Made by a program: the position numbers and the translations under genes. Shown here in pieces: positions 49,361 to 64,000 of a stretch of DNA of 64,000 bases. The notes under the pieces are model-generated. The model was not told where the DNA came from. It made no database searches and worked only from the letters and a program-made list of their open reading frames with translations. The stretch's first letter is position 1. Each line of letters opens with the position of its first letter. This DNA comes from the human T2T-CHM13v2.0 reference genome, Homo sapiens. The stretch lies in NCBI RefSeq assembly GCF_009914755.1, contig NC_060942.1; one strand, 5' to 3'.

Positions 49361-49526
49361 CAGTGCTTCTCAAACTTGACTGTGTAATGAATCACCTGGG
49401 GGTCTTGTTAAAAAGCAGGTTCCTGTTCATTAGGCCTGGGGTGGGTCCAAGGTTCTGCATTTCATCGTCAGCTCTCAGGTGATGTGGATCCTGTTTCTCT
49501 AAGGACCTCACTTTTAGTAACAAGGA
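49361..49526 (+). mobile_element. MER5A hAT MITE
   Basis: cagtgcttctcaaactt...gaatcacctggg...tctgcattt...caggtgatg...cacttttagtaacaagg. Confidence 0.8.
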
Positions 49527-49730
49527 GCTAGATAACTGTTTCCCACGAGAAGACCTCCTGTTAGGGGATTACTTCATATGACACTGAAAAGGTATAAATA
49601 CATCATATCACTGTTTTGACAGTGATTGGTCTACCTGATGTTCTGTGTGGTCTGTATTTAAAGGACCAACTGAAGTGTCAAGTCACTTTAAAAGAGGGCT
49701 CTTACATGCTAGTGTTAATTCACCTCTGAT

Positions 49731-50345
<615 letters not shown>

Positions 50346-51279
50346 TAGAGGTTTCGAATGACTACTTGTTTGTATTTGGCATAGCAGTACTTCTGATAAT
50401 TAGCATTAAATAAACCTGAACCTACAAGTAGCTGGCAAGCTTATAATGGTGAGCATTAAACATGTAAGAAAATCCGATGACACATTTGAAAATATAGAAC
50501 TGCCTGGAAAAGTCTTCAGAATATACCCTAAAACAGTTTTTATAATTTAATTGTTGGTACTAAAGATCAAATGTTTGACATATTAGACATTGTGGGAGAT
50601 CCTTCTGAGGCAAGAATATTTTTTCTTGCTCCTACAGTTGTGAAAAAATATTTCTTCTTCATGAAGATTATCGGGATGTGGATGTGAAAACAGTTTCTTA
50701 TAAAATTCTATCAATTCTTAGGTTTTGACTGTGAACTAAATTAGCTCCCTATATTTTGGATAGAAAAGATGAGACAATGGACACTTTTTTGATAGATTTC
50801 ATGGGTATACATCCATCTCGTTTACTCCATGTTTTAGATAACTACCATATCCCTAAGTGGTTCCTTCAACCGTAATTTTATATTTTTGTATTATACTGGT
50901 TAACTCAAGTGTTGTTCTGTGTGTGACAGACAATTCTGATATATATTTTCAAAATACTTTTCATCATTCCAGAATTTTCTTTCATATTTGAACATTTATA
51001 TAAGTGTTATGAATTGCTATACATTTTGGCTATAGGTAAGATTATCCAACATGTTTTGGGTGAAAATCACAGCTTACACAAAAATAAAATGGTGTTTTAG
51101 GTGTTAACAAACATGTTCTAGATCAGAGGAGATACTGAGAATCCATGAGTAGTCACAGTGGCTGCCACTCCTTTTCTTATCTAGGCTTACAATACCATTG
51201 ACTTATCACACCCACAGACCTTTCATAACTGGCAATCATTTAATCATTCTAACCATAACATCGTAAAAGATGAGGCTTA

Positions 51280-51569
<290 letters not shown>

Positions 51570-51867
51570 CTAATGTGCTCAACCCAATACATAATCATTT
51601 GTATTTGTCTCAGAGGAGTCTGAGAAAACTTATTTTCATATGCACAAAGGATTCCCGTAGGTTTGCCTCCTAGTTTACATGGTTTCCCCCCACCCCCCAT
51701 TTTTATAACACCTGTAGGTGTTTTTGGTTAAAATAAAATTAATATTAAATCATAGTTAATAATTATAATGCATATGTTCTTATCTAGACTATCTTCTTGA
51801 AATAAAAGTATTGGTTTCTCTTCCTGTCATATGTGCTGTTGGCACTTTTTAAAAAAATCACAAAATT

Positions 51868-52173
<306 letters not shown>

Positions 52174-52270
52174 TCACAAAATCTCTATATATTAGTTGAA
52201 GCACATTTGGAAGTATAAGAAAACAGAGAAAACCAGAAATATTCTATAAGCAATGGATACTCTTGGTTTT

Positions 52271-52646
52271 TGTGTTAGTCCGTTTTCACATGCTAATAAA
52301 GACATACCTGAGACTGGGTAATTTATAAAGGAAAGAGGTTTAATTGACTCACAGTTCAGCATGGCTGGGGAGGCCTCAGGAAACTTACAATCATGGCAGA
52401 AGGTGAAGCAAACATGTGCTTCTTCACATGGTGGCAGCAAGGAGAAGTATAAGTTAAGAGGGGAAAAAGCCCCTTGTAAAACTATCAGATCTTGTGCGAA
52501 CTCACTCACTATTGTGAAAGCAGCATAGAGGTAACTGCCCCCATGATTCAATTACCTCCCACCGGGTCCCTCCCCACAACATGTGGGGATTATGGGAACT
52601 ACAATTCAAGATGAGATTTGGGTGGGGACACAGCCAAACCATAACA
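52271..52646 (-). mobile_element. THE1 (THE1C-like) MaLR solo LTR
   Basis: tgtgttagtccgttttcac...gactcacagttcagcatggctggggaggcctcaggaaacttacaatcatggcagaagg...ggggacacagccaaaccataaca. Confidence 0.9.
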
Positions 52647-53168
52647 TCTCTTCTAAAAGTCCATTGCTTTGGTAACTCATCTGCCAGGTCCAGAGCTTCC
52701 TCTTGCCACTTCTGTGAGGCAAGTGAAGCAGGCATGGGGGTAGGAGGATGGAGGAGAAAGCTTGACCTCCTGAGCTGGGCTTTGAATGAAAATGACTGAT
52801 CCCTGAATATACTTATTGGACCAGGCAGTTCTTCAGACCCTGACCAGTAGACCACCCAGTTTCTTGTCTCAGTGGGACCCTATGATTCTTTCCAGGCCAG
52901 TTCTGGGGCTCTGCTTATTTGAATATTTGATCTAAGGTTCAAAACATTTGATTTCATGTTCTTAATTAAACTGCATTGCTGTATAAGTGAAGTCAAGTCA
53001 CCACTAAAGTTTAAAATCTCACTTACTCTAAGGTTGCTCAAACTGTTGTTCCAATAATGTCCTATATAACTAAAGAAAAACTATTTTTTTCTCTTCCTTC
53101 TTTCCTCCCTTTTTCTGGTTCAGGATCCAATACAGATTCACACATTCATTTAGTTTACCTGGTTGGAT

Positions 53169-53477
<309 letters not shown>

Positions 53478-53479
53478 GT

Positions 53480-54265
53480 ATTTTCTAAAAATCAGCTTTT
53501 TTGAGGTACAATGTACACATAATAAAATGCACCACGTTAGGTGTGCAGTCTAGCAAATTTTGACAAATCCATGCTTCCATGTATCCACCACTTCAATGAA
53601 GATATGGAACATTTCCATCATCCTAAAAGATTCTCTTTGCTCTTTCCCAATCTCACTCCTGGTCTTAGGTAACCTCTGATCTCTTTTTGTTATTTTAGAT
53701 GAGACTTATCTTGTTTACAGTTTTGTGCAAATGAAATGGTACAGTCTGTACTCTTTTATGTCCAACTTCTTTAATTCAGTATACCATTTTGAGATTCATG
53801 TATATTACTATATATAATATGTAAACATATCATTACATGTTTTCCTTTTTTTGTTTCATTGTTCATTAAAAAAATTAAAGTAGCATTCTACTGTATGGAC
53901 ATACTAAGATTTGTTTATCTGTTGATAGACATTTGTGTTGTTTTCTTTCTTTTTTTGGTATTAAAAATAAGCTGTTATGAATATGTTTGTACATGTTTTT
54001 GTGTGAACATATGTTTTCATGTCTCTTGGGCAAAACTGCTGGATTTTATGCTAAGGGTATATTTTTATTTACAAGAAACTGCCAAATTGCTTTCTAAAGT
54101 AACTATACCATTTTGCATTCCCATCAGCAATGTATAAGAGTTCCAGTTCCTCCACATTCTTGCCAATAGTTTATGTGCCCAGTTGTTTTAACTTTAGCAA
54201 TTAAGATTGTAGAGTAATTATGGTTTCAATTTATATTTCCCTGATAATCAATGATGTTGAGCATC
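53480..54265 (-). mobile_element. L1M (MB/ME-type) 3' fragment
   Basis: gaaactgccaaattgctttctaaag...ccattttgcattcccatcagcaatgtataagagttccagtt...aatgatgttgagcat. Confidence 0.8.
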
Positions 54266-54289
54266 AGCTGATAAGATTTTAAATTTACA

Positions 54290-54530
54290 GACAATAATAA
54301 CTTTTATCATGCACTTACAATATGCTAAACTAAGTCCGAGCACTTTATTTGTATTATTTCGTTCTCATAACTACCCTATGAGGTAGGTACTACTATCATT
54401 CCTGTATTAAAAATGAAAAAAGTAAGGCACAGAGAGGAAAGCAATTGGCCCAGGTTCTCATAGCTAGGAAGTGTGAAGCCAAGTATTAAACCTGAGTCCA
54501 GAACCTGTACTCTCAACCGCTATCCAACAC
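54290..54530 (-). mobile_element. MIR
   Basis: ccctatgaggtaggtactactatc...aaggcacagagagg...ttggcccaggtt. Confidence 0.75.
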
Positions 54531-54791
54531 TTGACCTACGAGTGGTGTCTAATAAAAACCTAACACTCTTTCTTGACTGCTTCAAACTATTTCTCTTGCA
54601 GATTGGTTTTCTTCTTCCCCCTTGCCCTCTGTCTAGTTCTGGTCTTGCTGGTGCCCTCACCTTGAAGCCTTTCCTTAATTGGTAAAATGACCTGCCTAGA
54701 AAAAAATAATCCATTTTATCTAGCAATCTCTTCCCTTTCTTACATCCAGAGGCTGTTTACATCTTCCTTTTTTTTTAAAAATTGCAATTTC

Positions 54792-55092
54792 TTTTCTCTC
54801 TCTCTCTTTTTTGAGACAGGATCTTGCTCTGCTGCTTAGTCTGGAATGCAGTGGCGTGATCATGGAGCACTGCAGTCTCAGTCTCCTGGGCTCAAGTGAC
54901 TCTCCCATCTCAGTCTCCTCAGTAATCGGGACTACAAGCAGATGCCACCATACCCTGCTAACTTTGATGTTTTTTGTAGAGACAGGGTTTCGCCATGTTG
55001 CCCAGGCTGGTCTCAAACTCCGGGCTCAAGTGATCTGCCTGCCTCAGCCTCCCAAACTGCTGGGATGACAGGCATGAGCCACCAGGCCTGGC
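54792..55092 (-). mobile_element. AluJ
   Basis: gatcatggagcactgcag, cctgggctcaagtga. Confidence 0.88.
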
Positions 55093-55099
55093 CTTTTTT

Positions 55100-55880
55100 T
55101 TCCTTTTTAAACTTTTGTTATGAAACATTTCAAACACAGAGAAAATACTTTATGAACCCTCACTTTATCTGTAAAAAATATTAGTAGTTATCTTAAATCG
55201 AGGAGGATTTTAAGAAATCATAACTCTGATATCATTATTACACTTGAAAAAATTATATCAGCTTATTAGTATCATCAATAAATCTCCTTGGTCTTCTCAT
55301 TAATTTGTTTTATGGCTAGGGTGAAGCAAGATCCAAATACTTGTGATCATTTGATACATCTCATAAATTTAGTTGAATGTATAAGTTCCCCTTTGAACTC
55401 TTTTTTGTCCTTGAAGTTTAATTGTTGAAGAAAACAGGTTGTATGCTTATAAAGTTTCCTATAATCTGAATTTTTTTTGACTGAATCTTGTAGTATAGTT
55501 TAAAGTGCTCCTCTGTTCTTTATATTTCCTGAAATTTGTAGTCAGATCCAGAAACCTGATCATATTTGGGTTCAATTTGTTTTGCTTAGACTACTTCAAA
55601 GACAATGCTGTGAGCTTCCACCAAAAAATAGACAATATCTGATTGTGTCTCCTTTTGAGATGGTATCAGCCTAAAATATTTTAGGTATAGCCTAAAATAT
55701 ATGAATTCATTAGGGGTTGTATTCCTATCATTTCTTCCATATTTATTAGCTGAAATATACCTACAGAAAGAAAACTTCTCCTTATCTACTATTTAGTTAT
55801 TTAAGATTTGTAGAGAAAAAGCAAAACAAATGTTGGGCTCTTTCTATTTTGCACTGGTTTTCAAAACAATAAGTTGGTTA
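55100..55880 (-). mobile_element. Degraded L1MC4/5-like fragment
   Basis: ttgttgaagaaaacaggttg, tcattaggggttg, tttattagctgaaatat, gttttcaaaacaataagttgg. Confidence 0.55.
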
Positions 55881-55893
55881 GGAGATGATGTTC

Positions 55894-56192
55894 TTTTTTT
55901 TCTTTTTGAGACAGAGTCTGGCTCTGTCGTCTAGGCTGGAGTGTAGTGGTGTGATCTCGGCTCACTGCAATGTCTGCTTCGCAGGTTCAAGTGATTCTCC
56001 TGCCTCAGCCTCCTGAGTAGCTGGGGTTACAGGTGCATGCCACCATGCCCAGCTAATTTTTGTATTTTTAGTGGAGACGGGATTCACCATGTTGGCCAGG
56101 CTGGTCTGGTCTTGAACTCCTGACCTCAAGTGATCCATCCACCTCAGCCTCCCAAAGTGCTGGGATTATAGGCGTGAGCCACTGTGCCTGGA
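55894..56192 (-). mobile_element. AluS
   Basis: Reverse Alu. Confidence 0.9.
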
Positions 56193-57315
56193 TGGTTGTG
56201 TTCTTTAAGATAGTAGGAGAATGCAAAAACGATATGATGATGCTGGTCCATTTGCCAATAATTAATCATACAAACTCTTTTAGTAGAGTCTCATCCTTGG
56301 TTTTCCTGAAGAACATGCCAATGCTAATGGGAAATTAGGCACCTTATGCCGGAAAATTAGCACAAAGAATAATGTGGCACTTTTCATCTTCAAAGCATTT
56401 CAGGGCTAATTATTTCTCCCATCTCCCCAAAGAAGTAGGTGTTATTAACTTCATTTTAAAGATAAGAAAATGGAGACTTAAAGAAGGCATGAAAGCCACC
56501 TGCCCCGAGCTAAGAGGGCGTCACCATGAGAAATGAGATTGTAATTTATATGTGGCTTGATTTTTAATTTCATCCTGAGGAAGGGAGGTCCAGGGAGAGC
56601 CAGAGAAAAGGGAACTGGGGATCTCTGACTCTGTTCTGATGCCAGGAGTTGTGCAGTGTGTGGAGACTTGAAGACACGCTGTGGCATGGGCATTATCAAT
56701 GAAGTATTTGATGCTGTAGTGCCTGACCTGTGGCAGGTGATGTGTGGATGTTTGTTAGCGCACCATACACAATTTGCAACGGTATATCTCTGTCCTGTGA
56801 CAAGGACAGGAACCTCCTCACTAGATTCAGACTTCTCAATTACTGTACAGCAGGCAGTTGGAAGATGACAGTTGTTTTCTTTTTCCTCCGGGTTAGAACA
56901 ATTTAGTTTACACTGATTACCTCTTATATACAGCAAAGATAATATTAATATTTATACTAAGCTTGGAACATAGTCTGTGCTGAAAGACTCCAGGTAATTG
57001 TGAGCCTGAATCAAACAAGAGATCATATAATTCTTGGGACTCAGTCTTCTGAACATCTGGGCTGGTACTTGACTTTTCCACTGTAGAGATGTTGAAGTTA
57101 AAATAATTTCAACATCTTGGAGCTGGAACATACAAAACTTGTGTTCTCCACCCAGAACAATTGCCCTAACAGCCCATAATCACCTGGTCCTCAAGTAAGT
57201 TTGCATCATCAGCACCAAACCCACTGTAGGTGGTGCTGGTGTGGGGAAACCTTCAATCAATAGAAGGTGTTTCCAAAAGGAAGAAACCTGGAAACCTCTT
57301 TCTGACATTCATTTG

Positions 57316-57606
57316 TGTTTCTTTGTTTTTAGAGACAAGGTCTTGCACTGTCTCCCAGGCTGGAGGGCAAGGCATGATCATGGCTCACTGTAACCTCCTG
57401 GGCTCAAGTGATCCTCCCACCTTGGCCTCCCAAAGTGCTAGGATTACAGGCATGTGCTACCACACCCAGCTAATTTTTAAATTTTTTGTAAAGATGGGGT
57501 CTCATTATGTTGCTCGGGTTGGTCTTGAACCCCTGGTCTAAAGCATTTCTCCCACCTCTGCCTCTCAAAATGCTGGGATTACAGGTGTGAGCCACTGTGC
57601 CTGGCC
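57316..57606 (-). mobile_element. AluJ
   Basis: Reverse Alu with AluJ features. Confidence 0.88.
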
Positions 57607-58376
57607 TAGATTTTTCTTATTTGTTACCTAACAACATCTCCTAGACTAAAACCCATTTGGTGAGCTTTATGATGACTTGGCAATTTATCTCCTCCTTGAA
57701 AAGAAAGGCTAACACCTTCCATGTACTGTAGACTTTTAGTTCATGACTCAAATGCCACATTGCTCTTTGTGCTCATTTTCTGGCATGAGGTGTCAGTTTT
57801 CCCATTACTGGGCGAGAAATCTCTGTTTAGTTTGCACCTTATGCCTCTCCTCTCTATTTAATTCTTAACTCATGTGCTAATAACCTATTAATTGGCTTTT
57901 TTTAATTTAAAGGAATTGCATTTCATTTTAGTTTTTCTCATTCCTTAACTTCAAGCTAGCATTGATTCTATGGTTGCTCAGCTACTTAGAGACATTCTTG
58001 TAATCGTTTGGACAGGGAAAATGGAATGGGAGAGGTCCTGTCCCTCTTACACAGCCTCCTCCTGCCATGAATCCACTCAGACATGCCCCACTTTCCTCTG
58101 GCTCTTTCCTCCCTGGCTAATGATATCTTCGTGTCGTGACTGATGACAGTAGGGAAACACTGGTTTGCTCATCAACTCCTGAAATACAAGAGCTTGTGAA
58201 AAGTAGGTTTATGACTAATATCAAGGACACATTATGTGACACAAGAAGAGAAAATGAACCATCTTTGCCATCCTAGCAAGTGACATATATAATTCAGTTA
58301 GGGGTATGCTCCATGATGAGGGACTCCAGGAAGGCATCTACCATGGACACCAGTCATGCTCTCCTCAGGGGGGTGA

Positions 58377-58822
<446 letters not shown>

Positions 58823-59266
58823 TCCAGTCTTTTTTTTTTTTTAGACAATGGAAGGCAGTATGGTATTTGTACCATCTCACTGAGTTCTGAATGTGACTTT
58901 GACTTTATTTCTTACTAGTAATTACTTAAATTTCTAATATCACTTTTCTCATTTGTAAAATGGAGATCATAATACATAACTGACTGATTTATTGTGAGGT
59001 TTGAAAGAGATAATACATATATAATTGCTTTGAAGAAAAGGCTGGGTAAACAATAACAACTAATAAACTGCAAAGCACCATAATTATGCTAATATGTGTT
59101 GTTGGTCATATTAATGATATTTATTTAATTTGAACTATTAAATGTATACTCCACTCTTTGAAATCTTAATCTCCTTTCTCACTATGAGTAAATTTCATTT
59201 TATTCTTGTTTTTCATGTTATAAGACACCATAACCCAAAGGTAGAAAGTGAAAACTTCACATAAAT

Positions 59267-59292
59267 TGTGTGTGTGTGTGTGTGTGTGTGTG
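59267..59292. repeat. (TG)n microsatellite
   Basis: About 13 TG units. Confidence 0.9.
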
Positions 59293-59489
59293 AATGTGAT
59301 ATGGTTAATGATTCTTAATTCTTCTCAAGCTTTAAAGACTATCAGTTTTTCTTCCAATTAAAAAATCTTGAAATATATTAATACAAATACAGACAAAAAA
59401 TTTTCTGTCTATCCCTACTATTGAGGTAAAACCAATCTCTCTGAGGTTTGTAACTTCACTACAGCCTTTAGAGTACAAAAATCATGACA

Positions 59490-59720
59490 GTTAACATTTT
59501 TTGAACATTTACTGGTGGCAGGCAATATTCTAAGCCTTTAGCATGTATTATCTCATTGTGTCCTTGTTATAACCCTATGAGGAATTGCTAATGTCACCTC
59601 CATTTTACAGACGAAAGGACTGAGGCAAAGTGAAATGTACTAATTTGTTCAAGGCCATGGTGTCATTAATGGCAGAGTGGGAACCAGCCAGTCTCATGCT
59701 AGAATCAGCGCTGACCATTG
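59490..59720 (-). mobile_element. MIR
   Basis: aaccctatgagg...ccattttacagacgaaaggactgaggc...ttgttcaaggcca...tggcagagtggga. Confidence 0.75.
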
Positions 59721-60299
59721 GACCAACTGTGGTTAGTGCAGAACCTGCCAGAAGCTTGTGATTCTGAAAGTGTGGTCTGTGAACAACCAGTTCTGAACCA
59801 CCCAAAGGGATTCACATTCCTGGGTCTCACCCTAGACCTCTAAATCCCAGATCTCTGAGGATTGGGGTCTGGAAATGTGAAATTTGATTGTACTTCTTCA
59901 CCTGTCCTCCACACACATTATTCCTTCTTGATTCTGATGTGCAGTGATGTTGAAGGACCACTAGCATAAGGATCTTTATCTAGTTGGATAAAAAAATAAA
60001 CCTTTGATTTACTTGCTGTAATGTTTAATTCTTTCTTTATAATTCAAGATATTAAAATAGCAACACCATCTATCATGGACACCACCTCCTGTCCTAACAA
60101 TCATTGTCTGCACTATGACATTGTGAGAGGTAATTGATTGGTTTCTACTACTAGACTAGGACAAGTTTATTTAATGTGTAGTGTGAAAAGAACTTTGTGA
60201 GTTCTAGGAGAGGGAGTAGGGATGTACAGATAAACTGTGGTCCCTGGCCTCCCCATGGCTCAGGGTCTAGACAGGAACCAGGCATGAATGCAAATAATA

Positions 60300-61569
60300 T
60301 AAAGGGGTCTTCAAAAAGTTCATCAAAAATGTGTATCATGCAAAAACAATGCATGGATTTCAATTTTTTTGTATCAAAATAAACTCATACTAACTAGTTA
60401 CAACATGTCTAAACAGGATCTAGTTTGAAGTGCTAAGAAAGATACCAGTTTGAAAAGAGCCCCTATCAAAGCAATGTGAATTCTGCTAAAATTGAAACAA
60501 GAGCAAACATCAAATTTGTGGTGAAGCTTGAGTGCAAGAATGGTGAAATCACTGATGCTCTGTGAAAAGTTTACGGAGACAATGCCCTAAAGAAATCAGC
60601 AGTTTACAAATAGATAACTCATTTTAAGTAGGGATGAGAAGATATTGAAGATTGTGAAGAAAAAAATTCACCTTGTTTGTGCCCTAATTGAAGAGGACTA
60701 ATGATTAACAGCACAAACAATAGCTAACACCGTAGACATCTCAGGTGCTTCAGCATACATAATTCTGATTGAAAAATTAAAGCTGAGCAAACTTTCTACT
60801 CGATGGGTGCCAAAACTGTTACAGCCAGATCAGCTGCAGACAAGAGGAGAGCTTTCAATTGAAGTTTTAAACAAGTGGGATCAAGATCCTGAAGCATTCT
60901 TTGAAGAACTGTTACAGGAAGTGCAACATGGCTTTACCAGTATGACCCTGAATGCAAAGCACCATCACAGCAATGGCTACCAAGAGACAGAAGTGGGCCA
61001 GCGAAAGTGGACTGGTCAGGAGCAAAGGTTATCGCAACGGTTTTCTGGGATACTCAATGCATTTTGCTTGTTGACTTTCTGGAGAGCCAAGGAACATTAC
61101 ATCTCCTTATTTTGAGAGCATTCTGAGAAAATCAGCCAAAATGTTATTTAAACACCAGAGAAAGCTTCAGTAGAGAGCCCTTCTCTACCATGACAATGCT
61201 CCAGTTTGTTCCTCTCATCAGATGAGGGGACGTGTGCGAGAGTTTCCGTGGGAAATCATTAGGCATCCACCTTACAGTTCTAATTTGGCTCCTTCTGACT
61301 TCTTTTTGTTTCCTAATTGTAAAACAACAACAACAACAACAACAAAAATCTTTAAAGGGCAGCCATTTTTCTTCAGCAATAATAAAAAAGGGACTGCATT
61401 GACACAAATTCCCAGGACTCTGCTTTCCTCAGAGATGGACTACATGGCTGATATTACCACCTACAAAAGTGTCTTGAACTTGATGCAGCTTACGTTGAGA
61501 AACGGAGTTTATATTTTTAATTTTTCTCTTTATAATTCAAATTTTCCATGAATTTTTGAAGTCCCCTCA
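60300..61569 (+). mobile_element. Near full-length HSMAR2 mariner transposon with decayed transposase ORF
   Basis: TIRs aggggtcttcaaaaagttcat ... atgaatttttgaagtcccctca, followed by TA. Transposase remnants start at 60476 (NSAKIE..IKFVVKL) and include RWVPKLLQPDQL, YHDNAP and HPPYSSNLAPSDFFLFPN; many stops and frameshifts. Confidence 0.92.
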
Positions 61570-61882
61570 TATGTGGGAGTGAGTGAAGAGACAGAAGTCC
61601 AGACTGGGACTCATGAAGAAGTGTCTGTTCTCAAGTTTCTATGGGGGGCACTCTTGGAGCTACAAGTGAATCTCAGAGTCCTCCATGTCTGGGAGAAATT
61701 GAAATTGCTGGATAGAAGGACTCACTCTTAAATCCCATTTTAGGAGGCAGAGACCGGGACAGAGTTCTCATCTGCAGAGTCTAGCTCAGTGCTTTACATA
61801 CCTAGCACAGGCTGATTCATACATCTCCCCCGCCCCTGCCAAATGACCTTCGAAGACTTCATGAAAATGTCCTCCCTTCCCA

Positions 61883-62192
61883 TGGGGTGGGGAGGTGATG
61901 GGGATGGTTAATGTGTACAAGAAATAACTAGAAAGAATGAATAAGACCTAGCATTTGACAGCACAACAGGGTGACTATAGTCAATAATAATTTAATTGTA
62001 CATTTAAAAATGACTAAAAGAGTATAATTGGATTATTTGTAACACAAAGAATAAATGTTTGAGGGGATGGATACTCCATTCTCCATGATGTGATTATTAC
62101 ACATTGCATGCCTGTAATAAAATATCTCATGTATTCCATAAATATGTACACCTACAATGTACCCAGAAAAATAAAAACTAAAAAATTAAAAC
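61883..62192 (+). mobile_element. 5'-truncated L1MA2/3-like 3' end
   Basis: agaaagaatgaataagacc...cacaacagggtgactatagtcaataataattt; imperfect TSD aaaat(g)tcctccctt(c/t)cca. Confidence 0.85.
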
Positions 62193-62339
62193 AAAATTCC
62201 TCCCTTTCCAAGTAAAGCCAGCTGACTTTGTGTTTCTGAGGCCTGTAAATTCCTGCATTCTCTCTCCTCTTGAATTGGATCCTGACATCACATAGAACTA
62301 AGTGCTTATTAGAGGAAAAAGTATTTCATATCAATATAT

Positions 62340-63190
62340 TTCTATATAACAATTATAAATATATTTCATAATTGCTATTATATATAAACATATATAGTTA
62401 TATATTTTATATAATATAAATATATGTTTTATATAGTTATATATTTTATATAATATACATATATAAATTTTATATATTTTATATAATATACATATATAAA
62501 TTTTATATATTTATATATTTTATATAATATACTTATATAAATTTTATATATTTTATATAATATACATATATAAATTTTATATAATATACATATATAAATT
62601 TTATATATTTTATATTTCATATAATATATATAAATTTTATATATTTTATATAATATACATATATAAATTTTATATATTTATATATTTTATATAATATACA
62701 CATATCACATATTTATATATTTTATATAATATACACATATCACATATTCATATATTTTATATAATATACACATATCACATATTCATATATTTTATATAAT
62801 ATACACATATCACATATTCATATATTTTATATAATATACACATAGCACATATTCATATATTTTATATAATATACACATAGCACATATTCATATATTTTAT
62901 ATAATATACACATAGCACATATTCATATATTTTATATAATATACACATAGCACATATTCATATATTTTATATAATATACACATATCACATATTCATATAT
63001 TTTATATAATATACACATATCACATATTCATATATTTTATATAATATGCACATATCACATATTCATATATTTTATATAATATGCATATATCACATGTTTA
63101 TATATTTTATATAATATGCATATATCACATGTTTATATATTTTATATAATATACATATATAACATGTTTATATGTTTTATATATTTATAC
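62340..63190. repeat. AT-rich minisatellite: 33-bp units (~62440-62700), then 14 x 35-bp units (62701-63190)
   Basis: Unit catatcacatattcatatattttatataatataca recurs at exact 35-bp spacing (62701, 62736, 62771 ... 63156). Confidence 0.93.
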
Positions 63191-63227
63191 ATTTTGTGTG
63201 TGTGTGTGTGTGTGTATGTATATATAT

Positions 63228-63537
63228 ATTTATTTTTTATTTTTATTTTTTTAGAGACAGAGTCTCACTCTGTTGCCCAGGCTGGAGTGCAGTAGTGCTA
63301 TCTTGATGGACTGCAATCTCACCTCTTCCCAGGTTCAAATGACTCTCCTGCCTCAGCCTCCCAAGTAGCTGGGATTACAGGCACCCGCCACCACGCCCAG
63401 TTAAGTTTTGTATTTTTAGTAGAGACGGGGTTTCACCATGTTGGCCAGGCTGGTCTTGAACTCTTGACCTCAAGCAATCCACCCTCCTCGGCCTCCCAAA
63501 GTGCTGGGATTACAGGCATAAGCCACTGTACACGGCT
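63228..63537 (-). mobile_element. AluS, tail abutting (TG)n/(TA)n at 63195-63228
   Basis: Reverse Alu. Confidence 0.9.
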
Positions 63538-63589
63538 GTATTTTTTATATTTGATACAGGAATAGGCTTATTTAATCTCAGATTAGGGT

Positions 63590-63830
63590 CAAGAATATAA
63601 CGTTTAACACGTGGATATAGTATGTTTGTTAAGAATGCTACCTGGATTTAAATCGGGTTCTACCATTCACTAACGTTGTGACCTGGGGGAAGTTACTCAA
63701 TAGCCCTAGGCATCTGCATGTTTTTCCTTTTCATTTATAAACTGGGATGAAAATAGACCTTACATAAAGTGTTACTGCAAAGCATGTATAAAAGGTCTTC
63801 CTCGTATGACTTTAAAAAATGCTCACACAA
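63590..63830 (+). mobile_element. MIR
   Basis: cctggatttaaatcgggttctaccattcactaacgttgtgacctgggggaagttact. Confidence 0.7.
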
Positions 63831-64000
63831 GGCGCTGTGGGTGTATGTTCTTCACCATTTGGAAACAAGGTTTGGACTTAGTGGAAGCAAGCTTGCTTTA
63901 GCGAAGAGCTGCGCTTCTCCTTGGCACATTTCAGTTGCATCACCTATCAAGGCAGAGATCATGGCCTGCAACTGAGTCAGCACACTGGCTGATGGTACAG

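Noticed and set aside
60807-61551. Transposase-like ORFs as an active or domesticated transposase
   Set aside because: Start codon lost, with many in-frame stops and frameshifts.
62440-63190. Regular ~35-bp periodicity as a CRISPR-like array
   Set aside because: Units are contiguous with no unique spacers, and the context is eukaryotic; it is a minisatellite.

Overview
Primate (human-like) genomic DNA. The left ~15.6 kb holds the 5' part of VPS4B on the minus strand: CpG-island promoter and coding exons 1-4, which cover the MIT domain and linker. The gene continues off the left edge. Intron 1 contains a disabled, TSD-flanked processed pseudogene of the proteasome ATPase PSMC5. The remaining ~48 kb has no recognisable protein-coding gene and is repeat-rich: about 45 Alus, L1M/L2/MIR relics, MaLR and ERV LTRs, a 5'-truncated SVA, a near full-length HSMAR2 mariner and an AT-rich 35-bp VNTR. 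From general knowledge of this locus, the SERPINB cluster lies beyond the right edge. The most unusual structures are two locally templated insertions. One is a 252-bp inverted copy of a triple-nested LTR junction, flanked by a 23-bp duplication (45.0-46.5 kb). The other is an Alu that has captured the 5' end plus 117 bp of unique flank from another Alu 2.55 kb away (36.4/39.0 kb). I found no evidence of a new protein-coding system. Repeat family names come from recalled consensus sequences, and repeat boundaries are approximate unless TSDs are quoted.
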